Shown: positions 10,569 through 20,122, counted from the first letter of the stretch. The stretch: DNA of 64,000 nt from Candidatus Altimarinota bacterium (GCA_963664295.1 OY760935.1:704001-768000); one strand, 5' to 3'. A program made the numbers and translations. The notes: a model not told the origin generated them from the sequence alone.

Positions 10569-10907
10569 TTAAGCAGCATTTAATAAATCATTTACCTCAT
10601 TTGACACACTTATTTGCACATCTTCTGGTGGCATACCATTTCTTGTTGCTTCCTGTATTGGCACAACTATTCTGCCATCAAGTAAGTCGCCTACTGCTTT
10701 TTCTGTTGACTTTAAAACATCAGCTGGAATATTGTTTGTATTTGTTCTTGCCTCTCTTGCCCCCTCTTGTATTGCTCTATTTTGCCAAATAAGCTGTTGG
10801 TTGTTTACATGAGGATAAACCCAACTCTCACTTCTTGTCATTGGTCCAAAGCGTGTTTCTACTCTATCTGAAGGTTTTTTCTCTGGAGAATTATTCCTTA
10901 AGCGCAT
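10569..10907 (-). CDS. hypothetical protein
   Basis: 112 aa ATG ORF with its own sigma70-like promoter and a downstream hairpin. Confidence 0.6.
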   Translation of the reverse strand: MRLRNNSPEKKPSDRVETRFGPMTRSESWVYPHVNNQQLIWQNRAIQEGAREARTNTNNIPADVLKSTEKAVGDLLDGRIVVPIQEATRNGMPPEDVQISVSNEVNDLLNAA

Positions 10908-10929
10908 TTTTGTTTTTAAAGTTATTTAT

Positions 10930-10958
10930 ATTTTATAATATTTTTTATATTATGTCAA
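10930..10958 (-). promoter_or_regulatory. sigma70-type promoter
   Basis: TTGACA-N17-TAAAAT on the minus strand upstream of 10907. Confidence 0.7.
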
Positions 10959-11040
10959 CATAAACTAACCTATTATTAAAAAAAGGAGGGGGTTATTACT
11001 ACAAATAATGACAAAAAAATCTCCTTAAGCACGACCTTTT

Positions 11041-11637
11041 CGTCATTCTGAGCGGAAAACACCACCTTGCTGTCATTCTGAGCGGAATGAAATGGAGCGA
11101 AGAATCTCCTTGTCCATGTGCTCAAGTCCTATCTTGTCATTGCGGACTTTTTGGGCTCTTTTTGGATTGTCATTGCGGACTTGATCCGCAATCTCGGAAG
11201 GTGTCATTGTGGATTTTTTGGGGTGTCATTCTGAGCGCAAACACACCCTTGCTGTCATTCTGAGTGAAATGAAATGGAGCGAAGAATCTCCTTGTCCATT
11301 CGTGCAAGTCCTGCCTTAGGTAATTCAACAGTAATGACAACAGGAGATCCTTCGCTTCGCCTAAAGGCTCGCTCAGGATGACAGAGTAAGAGGGATTAGG
11401 ATGACAGAAAAAGTAAGAGAGAGGGAGAATGACAGAAAAAAGGAGAGGTCAAGATAACAGAGTAAAGGGGATCAAGACAACGAAGAAAAGGAGGCAAGAT
11501 GACAAAAAAGCACTTAAGACAAAAAAAATAACCTATTTCGTCATCCGCCTAAGCAAATCCCTTGCAATAACAAAAAAATAAAAACAATTAAAAAAAATTC
11601 ATTGCCCCAGATAAAGCCAAATAATCAACATTAAAAA
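11041..11637. repeat. REP-like palindromic repeat cluster 2 with the same tail as cluster 1
   Basis: Same TGTCAT modules; ~11330-11637 is near-identical to ~6235-6520. Confidence 0.93.
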
Positions 11638-12606
11638 CTAATTAAGTTGCTCTGCAGTAATAATTAACCTATTTTTCGCAGTACCAACAGGAGTACAAGT
11701 CATCAAAGTAGCTATTTTTTGAGAAACTGGCTGATCAAGCACAGTAACATCTTCAGGCTTAACTACTTTTCTTTCGTTAATCTGGTAATCAAACTTCTTT
11801 TGATCCCAATAAATAGTAAAAGCATCACCCACCTCAAGGTCGTGTAGTAAAGCAAAAACATCTTTATATCGACCATTGTCCCAAGGATAATAAGAAGAAT
11901 GACCAGTAATAAACACATTACCGTTTTGCCCCGGAACTGCTGTGCCAGGATAATGCACCACTCCATCTTTTAAAGCATCTTGAATATCATTTTCTAATGT
12001 TTGCCAATCCTCATTGATAAGCGAATTTTCCGGAATTTTAACTATAGGAATATTTTTAGCTATTTTAGGGATAATAATGCGATTTTCCAGAGGAGAAACT
12101 GTGATATTTAAACTTGGAAAAATTTTTCTATTTTCCCTTTTCATACCAGCAGTTGGCAAAAATTTAGGACGAGTTATTTTTTGGTTTGCTGTCACTTGCT
12201 CAAGTCCTATTTGCGTTTCTGTGTATTTATCAGGATTGATTTTTTTGTCTATTATCTGTGAAAAAGCCTGATAATTAAGACCAAAAAATAAAACTGCAAA
12301 AACCGTACCTGCAGTAAGGGTGAATTTAAAAAATTCTGAGATTTTTCCTAATTTTTTACTTTCTTTTGCTTGTTTTATTGGCGCTTGCCATTCTTTTTTG
12401 CGGGTTTTTACTTCTTTTATTATCTTAAATCTACGCTCCAATTCATCTCTTTCTATGTGTGGAATATGCAGAGTTGGCATGTTTGTTAAGTCAATTTGAT
12501 ATGATTGAATTGAGTCTTTCTTGTCTTCTCTTGCTACACGCTTAAAACCCCTTTTTAAAGGGTTTTTAAATATCTTCCGCAAATGTTTATCAAAATCTTT
12601 TTTCAT
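11638..12606 (-). CDS. sortase family protein
   Basis: TM anchor; GVVHYPGT, ITGHSS, TLMTC and catalytic R (NRLII). Confidence 0.9.
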   Translation of the reverse strand: MKKDFDKHLRKIFKNPLKRGFKRVAREDKKDSIQSYQIDLTNMPTLHIPHIERDELERRFKIIKEVKTRKKEWQAPIKQAKESKKLGKISEFFKFTLTAGTVFAVLFFGLNYQAFSQIIDKKINPDKYTETQIGLEQVTANQKITRPKFLPTAGMKRENRKIFPSLNITVSPLENRIIIPKIAKNIPIVKIPENSLINEDWQTLENDIQDALKDGVVHYPGTAVPGQNGNVFITGHSSYYPWDNGRYKDVFALLHDLEVGDAFTIYWDQKKFDYQINERKVVKPEDVTVLDQPVSQKIATLMTCTPVGTAKNRLIITAEQLN

Positions 12607-12696
12607 ACTTCATTAGGGTCAAATAATTGTCTCATAAATAACCCTAAAAAGCAACTTAGTCACATTGACACAAGCTATTTTTATGATGCGTAAAAA

Positions 12697-13779
12697 CTAG
12701 AAATAAGCTTTTGGATTTTTCTTTACTCCATTGATCACAACCTCAAAATGAAGATGAATACCTGTTCTGCCATATACCCTACCAGTATTACCCATATAGC
12801 CAATTGGTGTTTTGCGAGATACCTTTTGCCCTTTTCGTACATAAATATCTCTCATGTGAGCATATAAGGTGGTCATGCCATTTCCATGATCAATTACAAC
12901 AACATTGCCATAACCTCCATTCCAACCTGACTCTGCACGAATAACAGTGCCACTTTCTGCTGCCCAAATTGTACTTCCACCAGCTTGCGCAATATCTACA
13001 GCATAATGTCCATAGCGATAACCTTGGGTGTATCTACCCTCACAAGGAAAAAATAAGGTACCATTGTAGGTACCTGTTGCTTGTGATCCTGCTGGTGCGT
13101 TTTTGTATACACCGCCAGCACTTGAGGCAATTGCAACTGGCACTTCTTTTTGAACTCCAGGAATAATAACAGCTTTTCCTGCAATTAATCCTTCTTCTTC
13201 ATCGATATTATTTTGAGCAATAATTTTATCTGCCTCAACTTTATATTCTTTTGCCAAACCAGCCACTGTTTCGTTCTTTTTTACAGTGTGCAAAAGCCCA
13301 TCTACAGGCAATATTTTTAATGTTTGCCCTGGCTTTAGGCTGTCTGGATTAGTTATGTCGTTATTTTGCACAACAGTAGCAACAGAAACACCATAACGAT
13401 AAGCAATACTGGAAACAGTATCACCAGACTCAACAATAATATCAACAACCTGCCCAACTCCTTCCCTGTTTCCTCTGCTGGTTTGAATTTCCGGCTTAAT
13501 TAAAAATCCTTCGTCTGTAAGTGCGATTGTTTCTTTAAAACTTTCTGCTGATGCCTCTTCAGGAAGCCAAAAATCCGCCTCACTCACAAAAAAAGCTGGT
13601 AAAATAGAAGAACTAACAAAAAACAAAACTCCAGCAACAACAACTCGAAAAAAGAAATTTTTTTCACTTGTTGTATAGGGTTTGTAAACTGGTTTTTTGT
13701 GACCCACTTCTTTTTTTATGCCCCTTAAGCGCTGATGGCGCATTTTTCTTGCCAATGTATTTGCTTTTGTAAAAACCAT
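12697..13779 (-). CDS. LysM x2 + M23 peptidase (peptidoglycan DD-endopeptidase family)
   Basis: Two LysM repeats (VESGDTVSSIA, VKKNETVAGLA); HYAVD, YAH and HLHFEV M23 motifs. Confidence 0.93.
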   Translation of the reverse strand: MVFTKANTLARKMRHQRLRGIKKEVGHKKPVYKPYTTSEKNFFFRVVVAGVLFFVSSSILPAFFVSEADFWLPEEASAESFKETIALTDEGFLIKPEIQTSRGNREGVGQVVDIIVESGDTVSSIAYRYGVSVATVVQNNDITNPDSLKPGQTLKILPVDGLLHTVKKNETVAGLAKEYKVEADKIIAQNNIDEEEGLIAGKAVIIPGVQKEVPVAIASSAGGVYKNAPAGSQATGTYNGTLFFPCEGRYTQGYRYGHYAVDIAQAGGSTIWAAESGTVIRAESGWNGGYGNVVVIDHGNGMTTLYAHMRDIYVRKGQKVSRKTPIGYMGNTGRVYGRTGIHLHFEVVINGVKKNPKAYF

Positions 13780-13845
13780 ATTGTTTTTCGTCGAGCTATT
13801 TTACTTATTTTTACCAAAAAAAACAAATTTACTCAAGAGAGCTAA

Positions 13846-14520
13846 TTATTTACCAAAATTTCTTTGCACAGATTTATAATAAAAAATGGCTTCTTGAAGG
13901 TCTTTTTCAGTAAATTCAGGCCACATTTTATCCAAAAAATAAAGCTCGGCATAAGCTGATTGCCAAAGCATAAAATTGGATAATCTTTTTTTGCCACCTG
14001 TGCGAATAACAAGATTAATTGCTGGTAAATCCTCAGTATCAAGAAATTTTTCCAGATCTTTTTCTGTTATTTTTTGTGGAATTTTTTTAAATAATTTATT
14101 TACTGCTCTGATTATTTCATCTCTACCACCATAATTGATAGCAGGGCAAAAAATTAATTTTTCACCATTTTTTGTCTTTTCTTCTAGTTCTTTAAGTGCT
14201 TTTTGGCACGACTTGGGCAACTTGCTGACATCACCAAAAATTTTTACTCTTATTCCATTTTTTACAAATTTTTTCCATTTTTTAGCAAATTTCTCCAAAA
14301 GAGCAAAAAGATTATCAAGCTCTTTCTGCTCCCTGTTCATATTTTCTGTAGAAAGAGTATAAACTGTTAATATTTTTATTTCTGGATCATCTGCGCAAAT
14401 TTCCGTAAACATTTCTAAATTTTCCACTCCTTTTTTGTGTCCAAAAAATTTATTTTTACCAAGATTTTTTGCCCATCTCCTGTTGCCGTCCATTATTAAA
14501 CCTATGTGCATCAGAAACAT
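13846..14520 (-). CDS. uppS: undecaprenyl diphosphate synthase (start probably 14520 or 14511)
   Basis: HIGLIMDGNRRWA, STEN, NYGGRDEI, IRTGG..RLSNFMLWQSAYAEL and RNFG. Confidence 0.96.
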   Translation of the reverse strand: MFLMHIGLIMDGNRRWAKNLGKNKFFGHKKGVENLEMFTEICADDPEIKILTVYTLSTENMNREQKELDNLFALLEKFAKKWKKFVKNGIRVKIFGDVSKLPKSCQKALKELEEKTKNGEKLIFCPAINYGGRDEIIRAVNKLFKKIPQKITEKDLEKFLDTEDLPAINLVIRTGGKKRLSNFMLWQSAYAELYFLDKMWPEFTEKDLQEAIFYYKSVQRNFGK

Positions 14521-14551
14521 TTTAATTGAGTTTAAAAAGAAAATAAACCTC

Positions 14552-16231
14552 TTAAATATTTGATTTTTTAATATCTTTTTTAGCCTCAAAATCAAGCGCC
14601 ATAAAATTAATCTCCAAAGGATAAGCGCTTTCCTCTGTAAATTTTATTTTTGCTTTTAGATAATTTCTTAATGCAATTCGGCTATGTGCAAAACTTTCTT
14701 TTAAGCCATCTGAATCCGCCACAGAGTCAGCATCCGCATTCCAAGTAAAACTTAATTTGTTTTCAATGAATTTATTTTTTTTATCCCAAATATCAAACTT
14801 AAGATTAAACGAACTACTGGAATGTAAACGACCTTTTGCGTAAAAATTTTTACTTTTTTTAATAGTTAATGGTTGGTCAAAATCAATTTCTCCGCTTTCA
14901 TAAGCGCAGGCAATATTTGTACCATTGTCATTAAGACCATCAAAAAGACAATAAACCTTTGAATTAAGAGCAGAACTACCATAAGTATAAGCATCATAAT
15001 TTATAAATCTTTCAATATTCCAACCTGTAATTTCACTCCAAGCATCATTTTCTACATCATAAGCAAGAACAAGATTATTAGTGCTACTATCACGAGCGCA
15101 AGTAATTAAAATCTTGCCAACACCGCTAGCATAAATTAGGTCAGAATTAGAAAAATCAATATCAGAAAAATAATCTCTACCCAAAGCAAAAGAAAGGCCT
15201 CTACTACTTGCTGATGTTTGCTGAAAAACACCAAATTTATTAACATAAAAAATTCCTTTAGAAGTTGAAGCAATTCCGCCTTTATTGCCAAAATTTCCAT
15301 CTTGAAAATTTACATTTGGAACTTCCGCAGTACTAGTCACCATATTAACAACTTTCAAATTAAAACCGGCTTTTCCCTGATCATAAACAGCAACTATTTG
15401 ATTACCAATTGCACCAATTTCCTTTAATTCACCAAAAGAATTATTCTGAAAACTTCCAGGACCACCATAATAAGAAAGATAATAAGTTGGATACCAGGAA
15501 CAAAAAGGCACACTTGAACCAGAATATTTATTGCTCCAAAGTAATTCTGTTTTATTACTACTAGTGTTGCCAGCAAATAATCTATCATCATGAATAAATA
15601 AGATTTTTGCCCTAGGAGAACCTGCGATCTCCGCAATTTGATAGCGTAAATCACCATCAACAGTGGCGCTTCCTCCTTCAGAGTCGGTAATAATCTCGCC
15701 GTCTTGAAATTCACCGCTAATGTTCATCAAAGTTAAAGTTCCGCTAGTCGTAGGTGTACCTGCTATATTTTGCAATAAAACAGCAGTTGCCCCACTTGTT
15801 GCACCTGTTAAAATTTTATTCCCTGTAAATTCGGTTGTTTTGTTTTTATAATCAAGAACTTTTTTGACAACATGAATTCTGTCCTCACCATTACAAATAT
15901 ACAAAAAATCACCATAAACAGCAGAAGAAAATGGCTCACTTGAACTAAAATCACTTTTAATAAGCTCAAAAGAGCTGTCACTGGGATTATAAAACGCCAA
16001 AGTTGTTCCATAAGTTAAAGCAATTTTATTGTCATATTCTTTGAGCATAGTGATTTTTTCACTCACTCCACTAAGCTCAAAAAATTCAGTAATTCCCTTT
16101 CTCTTGCGCAAAATACCATTGCCTTCATAAAATAAATTTTCCAACCTAGTACAATGGTCTTTGTTTATTAAGCTTGGTAAATCTTTTTTGTTTAAGCCTT
16201 TTTTTGTGCCATAAAAAATTTTTTTCTCCAT
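14552..16231 (-). CDS. putative podovirus tail nozzle / DNA stabilization protein (P22 gp10 / tail tubular B-like, beta-propeller)
   Basis: 559 aa beta-rich protein. N-terminal GLN..LENL....G.LRKRKG pattern, DRLF and AWS repeats; follows the adaptor-like gene in the virion cluster. Confidence 0.6.
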   Translation of the reverse strand: MEKKIFYGTKKGLNKKDLPSLINKDHCTRLENLFYEGNGILRKRKGITEFFELSGVSEKITMLKEYDNKIALTYGTTLAFYNPSDSSFELIKSDFSSSEPFSSAVYGDFLYICNGEDRIHVVKKVLDYKNKTTEFTGNKILTGATSGATAVLLQNIAGTPTTSGTLTLMNISGEFQDGEIITDSEGGSATVDGDLRYQIAEIAGSPRAKILFIHDDRLFAGNTSSNKTELLWSNKYSGSSVPFCSWYPTYYLSYYGGPGSFQNNSFGELKEIGAIGNQIVAVYDQGKAGFNLKVVNMVTSTAEVPNVNFQDGNFGNKGGIASTSKGIFYVNKFGVFQQTSASSRGLSFALGRDYFSDIDFSNSDLIYASGVGKILITCARDSSTNNLVLAYDVENDAWSEITGWNIERFINYDAYTYGSSALNSKVYCLFDGLNDNGTNIACAYESGEIDFDQPLTIKKSKNFYAKGRLHSSSSFNLKFDIWDKKNKFIENKLSFTWNADADSVADSDGLKESFAHSRIALRNYLKAKIKFTEESAYPLEINFMALDFEAKKDIKKSNI

Positions 16232-16236
16232 AAAAA

Positions 16237-16833
16237 TCAGTAAAAATCACCACAAGAAACATGAATTAGGGGAATATTTCTGTTATAAGTGGAAAATAAA
16301 TTTTCTAATATTTTTTTTAATCTATTTTGAGAATTTTCTTCGTCTTCAAGCTCCTCATCATCAATTGCAAAAAATTGATCTAAAGCTTGTTCATAAAAAA
16401 TTTTAAACTCATAATCACCAGTTAATGTGTCTGTATCTGCATCTAGCTCAGCTATATTTGGTATATATCTAAGCAAAAAGCTACCATTTAAATTGCCAGT
16501 AAAATGAACTTTATCGCCAGCCAAATAAAAACCTGGAGCACTTGCTCCATATTCAGTGGTGAAAAATTTTGAAACAGGATCACCAGCAGAATTAACAGAA
16601 AAAAAACCACAATTCAGACTGTTAATATGAGCAAAATCACTTGGTAAATCATATTCAACAGTACCACCCGAAACAGAATATGATTGAGTTTTAATAAATT
16701 TTTCCGGCTCAATTCTTACAAGCTGTTCATAAAGCCATTTTTCTGCATAATTAAGCCATTTATAAAATTTTTCATCTGTAATATTTTCGCCTTTATAGTC
16801 CTCAAAGGCATTTCTAAGCTCTAAAACATTCAT
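16237..16833 (-). CDS. putative head-to-tail adaptor (P22 gp4 / tail tubular A-like)
   Basis: 198 aa with helical N-terminus (WLNYAE), EYDLPSDF motif and LRY.P; lies upstream of the nozzle-like gene. Confidence 0.65.
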   Translation of the reverse strand: MNVLELRNAFEDYKGENITDEKFYKWLNYAEKWLYEQLVRIEPEKFIKTQSYSVSGGTVEYDLPSDFAHINSLNCGFFSVNSAGDPVSKFFTTEYGASAPGFYLAGDKVHFTGNLNGSFLLRYIPNIAELDADTDTLTGDYEFKIFYEQALDQFFAIDDEELEDEENSQNRLKKILENLFSTYNRNIPLIHVSCGDFY

Positions 16834-16913
16834 AAAAAAACAAAAAAAGATCAGTTCATCTAATCTTTTTATTCATTTTAATATTCTCTGCGTTTTTTTA
16901 TGTTTATATTGTT

Positions 16914-16942
16914 ATTTTATCAAATCTAGATAAAAATCACAA
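16914..16942 (-). promoter_or_regulatory. sigma70-type promoter for adaptor/nozzle (and possibly uppS)
   Basis: TTGTGA-N17-TAAAAT with TG extended -10. Confidence 0.6.
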
Positions 16943-16977
16943 ATTTTTTTTCGCACTTTTTTGGCGCAAAAATTTTT

Positions 16978-17703
16978 CTATTTAAATTTTTCTCTCAAAA
17001 TATCCGCTGTCTTATGAACCAAAGATTGAATTCTTTTTCCAATAGAATTTACAATTTTTTGCTGATTATTTTTTAATTTTTCTGCAAAATTCCAAACAAG
17101 TGATAAATTTTTGAGTGCATTTTGCAAATCGTTGTCTAAATTTTTATCCAAAAAATTTTCAATTCCGGCTTTTACTGCATTTCCAATTAGATCAGATTTG
17201 TTTTTTAAAACATCTAAATCGCTAACATTAGACAAAAATCCACATTCTATTAAAACAGCCAAAGGCGCAGTATCATGCACAATTCCCAATTTACCATAAC
17301 GACTTAATCTCTCGCTTTTTGCTCCCCTATTTTTTAAGCCGGTTTTTTGGCAAATTTCCTTCAAGATATTTTCCGCCAATTTTTTGGACTCCCCGGAATT
17401 GTGATAATAAAAAGCTTCTGCACCTTTGGCCAAACTGCCAGCAGAATTACAATGAATACTAACAAGCAAAGAATTTGTGCAATCCAAACCAAAAGAATTT
17501 ATTTTTTTAATTTTTTCCGCCAAGGTTAAATCTTCATCAACGCCAATATAAACAACATTTTCTCCAAAAATAGAGCGGGTAATTTGTAAATTTAATTCCC
17601 TTTCTGTTGTGCCATCTTTGGCAATTGCACCAGGGTCATTTTTTTTAAAAAAATTTCCACTTTTTCCATGACCTGCCACAATAAAAATTTTTTCAGTTTT
17701 CAT
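16978..17703 (-). CDS. N-acetylmuramoyl-L-alanine amidase (Amidase_3), endolysin-like; start at 17703
   Basis: AGHG, DPGA..E, SIHCNS and LIECGFLSN motifs. ATGA overlap with the upstream holin-like gene. Confidence 0.88.
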   Translation of the reverse strand: MKTEKIFIVAGHGKSGNFFKKNDPGAIAKDGTTERELNLQITRSIFGENVVYIGVDEDLTLAEKIKKINSFGLDCTNSLLVSIHCNSAGSLAKGAEAFYYHNSGESKKLAENILKEICQKTGLKNRGAKSERLSRYGKLGIVHDTAPLAVLIECGFLSNVSDLDVLKNKSDLIGNAVKAGIENFLDKNLDNDLQNALKNLSLVWNFAEKLKNNQQKIVNSIGKRIQSLVHKTADILREKFK

Positions 17704-17942
17704 GCTCCAAAAACAAAAGTAATAAAAGTCCAAACAACACCAATCAAAGAGCCGGAAATCGCAACACCACCAACAATAAAAGCTTTCCAAAGTTCAAGTT
17801 TTTTTACTCTTTGGTTCATTTTTTCCATACTCTTTGCCATTTCCCGATGTACCTGATTATTTTCATCAAATTTGCTGTTTATATGTTGTTTTAAGCCATC
17901 AATTCGTTCTGCAATTTGTCCTAAATTTAACTTTTTCGCCAT
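17700..17942 (-). CDS. small coiled-coil + C-terminal TM protein, holin/XhlA-like
   Basis: 80 aa; RVKKLELWK followed by a hydrophobic helix; directly upstream of the amidase. Confidence 0.55.
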   Translation of the reverse strand: MAKKLNLGQIAERIDGLKQHINSKFDENNQVHREMAKSMEKMNQRVKKLELWKAFIVGGVAISGSLIGVVWTFITFVFGA

Positions 17943-18511
17943 TTTGTAGATGATAAATTTCCAATAAAATTAAGATCGTCTCTTTCTGATTCACTTGCCG
18001 GAGTTGTTTCTGAGGCAATAAGCCCATCAAAAACAAAAGCTCCACAGCGTTCGTGAATTTCCCGGCTTAATTCCGAGCAATAATATTTATTTTTATCATG
18101 CGCCACAACAAAGCTCTGTTTTTGCAAAAATTTTAATTTCGCACAAACAACAGCTCTCCAAATAAGTCCCACAAAATCATACAAAAAACCTTTTTTAACA
18201 TATTGCAAAGCAGTTTTGCGCACATTACGAAGTCGCCAAACAGAACGAAAAACATCATGCGATCCAGAGCGCCTGCGCACATCACGCAAAGAAACAATGC
18301 GCACACCAGAGCAATAATCATCTTTGAAAAAAAACTTACGCACAGAAAAATCACTCTCAAGACATTTTCCTCTGCCAATATACAAAATTGCATGGGAATA
18401 AGGGGAGTTTGTGCCCCAGCGAATTAAGCGAGAAAGTAAACTTTTTCCGTCTCGATATAAAAACAAATCACCAACCCGCAAATTCCGCACCAAAGTTTTA
18501 TTATTCTCCAT
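17927..18511 (-). CDS. permuted papain-like NlpC/P60 amidase (YiiX/YaeF family)
   Basis: GDLFL, YSHAILY (His), YD and YYCSEL (Cys), in permuted order. Confidence 0.8.
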   Translation of the reverse strand: MENNKTLVRNLRVGDLFLYRDGKSLLSRLIRWGTNSPYSHAILYIGRGKCLESDFSVRKFFFKDDYCSGVRIVSLRDVRRRSGSHDVFRSVWRLRNVRKTALQYVKKGFLYDFVGLIWRAVVCAKLKFLQKQSFVVAHDKNKYYCSELSREIHERCGAFVFDGLIASETTPASESERDDLNFIGNLSSTKWRKS

Positions 18512-18854
18512 TTTGAATTACAAAAGAGTTTTTTAAAATAAACTCATTAAGACCATTGGCATCTTGTTCAACAAAACCACCAACAGAAGAAACAAGCTCA
18601 ACAATTTCTTCATATTCTTTGCTGGTAATAATAATTTCTCCATTTATTTCTCTTTCTATCTTTAAGTCGTCAATAATTTGTTCTGCTCTTTTGTGACAAA
18701 AAATAAGCCAATTTTCACCATTTTTTTCTGCCAATAATGGCTCACCCAAAACCACAGAAAAATCATATCTTTTTTGATTGTGCATAAAGCCAGCATTTTC
18801 CATTATTCGCAAATCAGCTTCTTTGTTCGCAGGAACAGCAATAAATACATTCAT
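18501..18854 (-). CDS. hypothetical protein in virion cluster
   Basis: 117 aa ATG ORF overlapping the next gene. Confidence 0.6.
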   Translation of the reverse strand: MNVFIAVPANKEADLRIMENAGFMHNQKRYDFSVVLGEPLLAEKNGENWLIFCHKRAEQIIDDLKIEREINGEIIITSKEYEEIVELVSSVGGFVEQDANGLNEFILKNSFVIQNGE

Positions 18855-18913
18855 AAAAAATAAGAAAAATTAAAAATTTTCATCTTCATTAATTTCCCAA
18901 TAAAACAAGGCAT

Positions 18914-19636
18914 TTAAGATAAATAGCTACCAGAACTCAAAGCATTATAAAAATTAGCAACACGCAAAGCAGAAAAATATTCAGGATCAATGCGAAAATA
19001 ACGACATTCTCCTTGCAAGTAATAATTTGAACTAGAATCTTTGCCAATAGCAAAAGCATTAGTGGAACTAGTGTCATAAGCAACACCTGTCTGACTATCA
19101 CTACCAAATTCAGCGCCATTGATATAAATTTTGACACCAGAAGAAACGCTACCGGTGATAGTAAGAACAAAAGGAGTGTCAGCAGAAATATAATCAGAAA
19201 CAGAAGAAATAGTAATTAACTTAACAGCGCCATCAAGAGAATATTGGAATTTAATCTCATCAGTAGAAGCATAATAATTACAGCGTGGATAAGCACTATA
19301 GCCAAAAAGAGCATAGAAAAAATTATGATTTACAGAAAGGCTATCAAGAGAATAAATACCCGTAATGCAAAAATTACTCAATGTTCCCCAAGGTACACTT
19401 TCGCCAGTTGGTTTTTTTAAATAATCATCGCCAGCAAAAGAATAGCCAATAGTAGCAACAGTGGTATCATTTGTGTCAGCCTCAGATGTAGAGCCATTTT
19501 GTATGGTGATATTATTTTTACTTCTATCCTGCCAAACTTGCTCATTATTACCAACTTTGCCATCTAAAAAAACAATAGAATTATCTTTTCTTAAACTACT
19601 ACTAATGCCTATGTTTAATGTTTTTGCAATATCCAT
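18914..19636 (-). CDS. LamG/concanavalin A-like domain protein, candidate head spike/fibre (start probably 19636)
   Basis: WQDRSKN, YSFAGDDYL, KIYING and FAIG..YLQG beta-sandwich patterns; directly downstream of the spike-base gene. Confidence 0.65.
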   Translation of the reverse strand: MDIAKTLNIGISSSLRKDNSIVFLDGKVGNNEQVWQDRSKNNITIQNGSTSEADTNDTTVATIGYSFAGDDYLKKPTGESVPWGTLSNFCITGIYSLDSLSVNHNFFYALFGYSAYPRCNYYASTDEIKFQYSLDGAVKLITISSVSDYISADTPFVLTITGSVSSGVKIYINGAEFGSDSQTGVAYDTSSTNAFAIGKDSSSNYYLQGECRYFRIDPEYFSALRVANFYNALSSGSYLS

Positions 19637-19640
19637 AAAA

Positions 19641-19901
19641 TTAATAAATAGCAATAATGTGTTGAGCAGTAGTGTCAGTTGCTTTTACACGAGTTGTATT
19701 AACAGGCAAAAAAGAACCATCAGGCACATTCTTAAAAACAACAGCTGAACTTTCAGAATTTAAAACTGAAATATCTCCCCCACTACCAACATAAAGAGAA
19801 CGAGCAGAAATGCTCAAATCATTGTCATCATCAGGTGTCACAGAAGCAAATTGATAAGCTGGTGACACAGAAATTTTTTGATCAGTCACTGGATTAGACA
19901 T
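19641..19901 (-). CDS. head spike base protein, RcGTA Rcc01079-like
   Basis: 86 aa with SPA...VTPDD..DL...RSLYVG.GGDI.V......VVFKNVP.G.FLPV...RV.AT.TTA..I.A, matching my recollection of the family pattern. Confidence 0.78.
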   Translation of the reverse strand: MSNPVTDQKISVSPAYQFASVTPDDDNDLSISARSLYVGSGGDISVLNSESSAVVFKNVPDGSFLPVNTTRVKATDTTAQHIIAIY

Positions 19902-19923
19902 AATTAAAATAAAAAATGAAAAA

Positions 19924-20070
19924 TTATTTTTTAGGGGGTCTGCCTCTTTTTTTAGGCATAAATTTCATTTTAATAATTTTTGCTTCATCATTTTTAATCA
20001 TTTTTTTTGCTTTCCAAGCGGGCACTGCAACAATGCGCCCAAAGCGATTTTTTATTTTTTGTGTTTGCAT
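19924..20070 (-). CDS. 48 aa basic peptide with C-terminal AT-hook (not in ORF track)
   Basis: Hand translation: MQTQKIKNRFGRIVAVPAWKAKKMIKNDEAKIIKMKFMPKKRGRPPKK*. It fills the gap between the capsid and spike-base genes. Confidence 0.65.
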   Translation of the reverse strand: MQTQKIKNRFGRIVAVPAWKAKKMIKNDEAKIIKMKFMPKKRGRPPKK

Positions 20071-20091
20071 AGTTTTATTAAAAAATCATGA

Positions 20092-20111
20092 CGGGCATAT
20101 AAAAATGCCCG
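20092..20111 (-). terminator. hairpin immediately after the major capsid gene (possible attenuating terminator)
   Basis: cgggcat/atgcccg stem with a T-rich tract shortly downstream on the minus strand. Confidence 0.5.
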
Positions 20112-20122
20112 CACAAAATTCT

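Noticed and set aside
10933-10960. dif site (ttatgtcaaca resembles a XerD arm)
   Set aside because: There is no matching XerC arm at 6-bp spacing. The sequence is better explained as the TTGACA -35 of the 10907 promoter.
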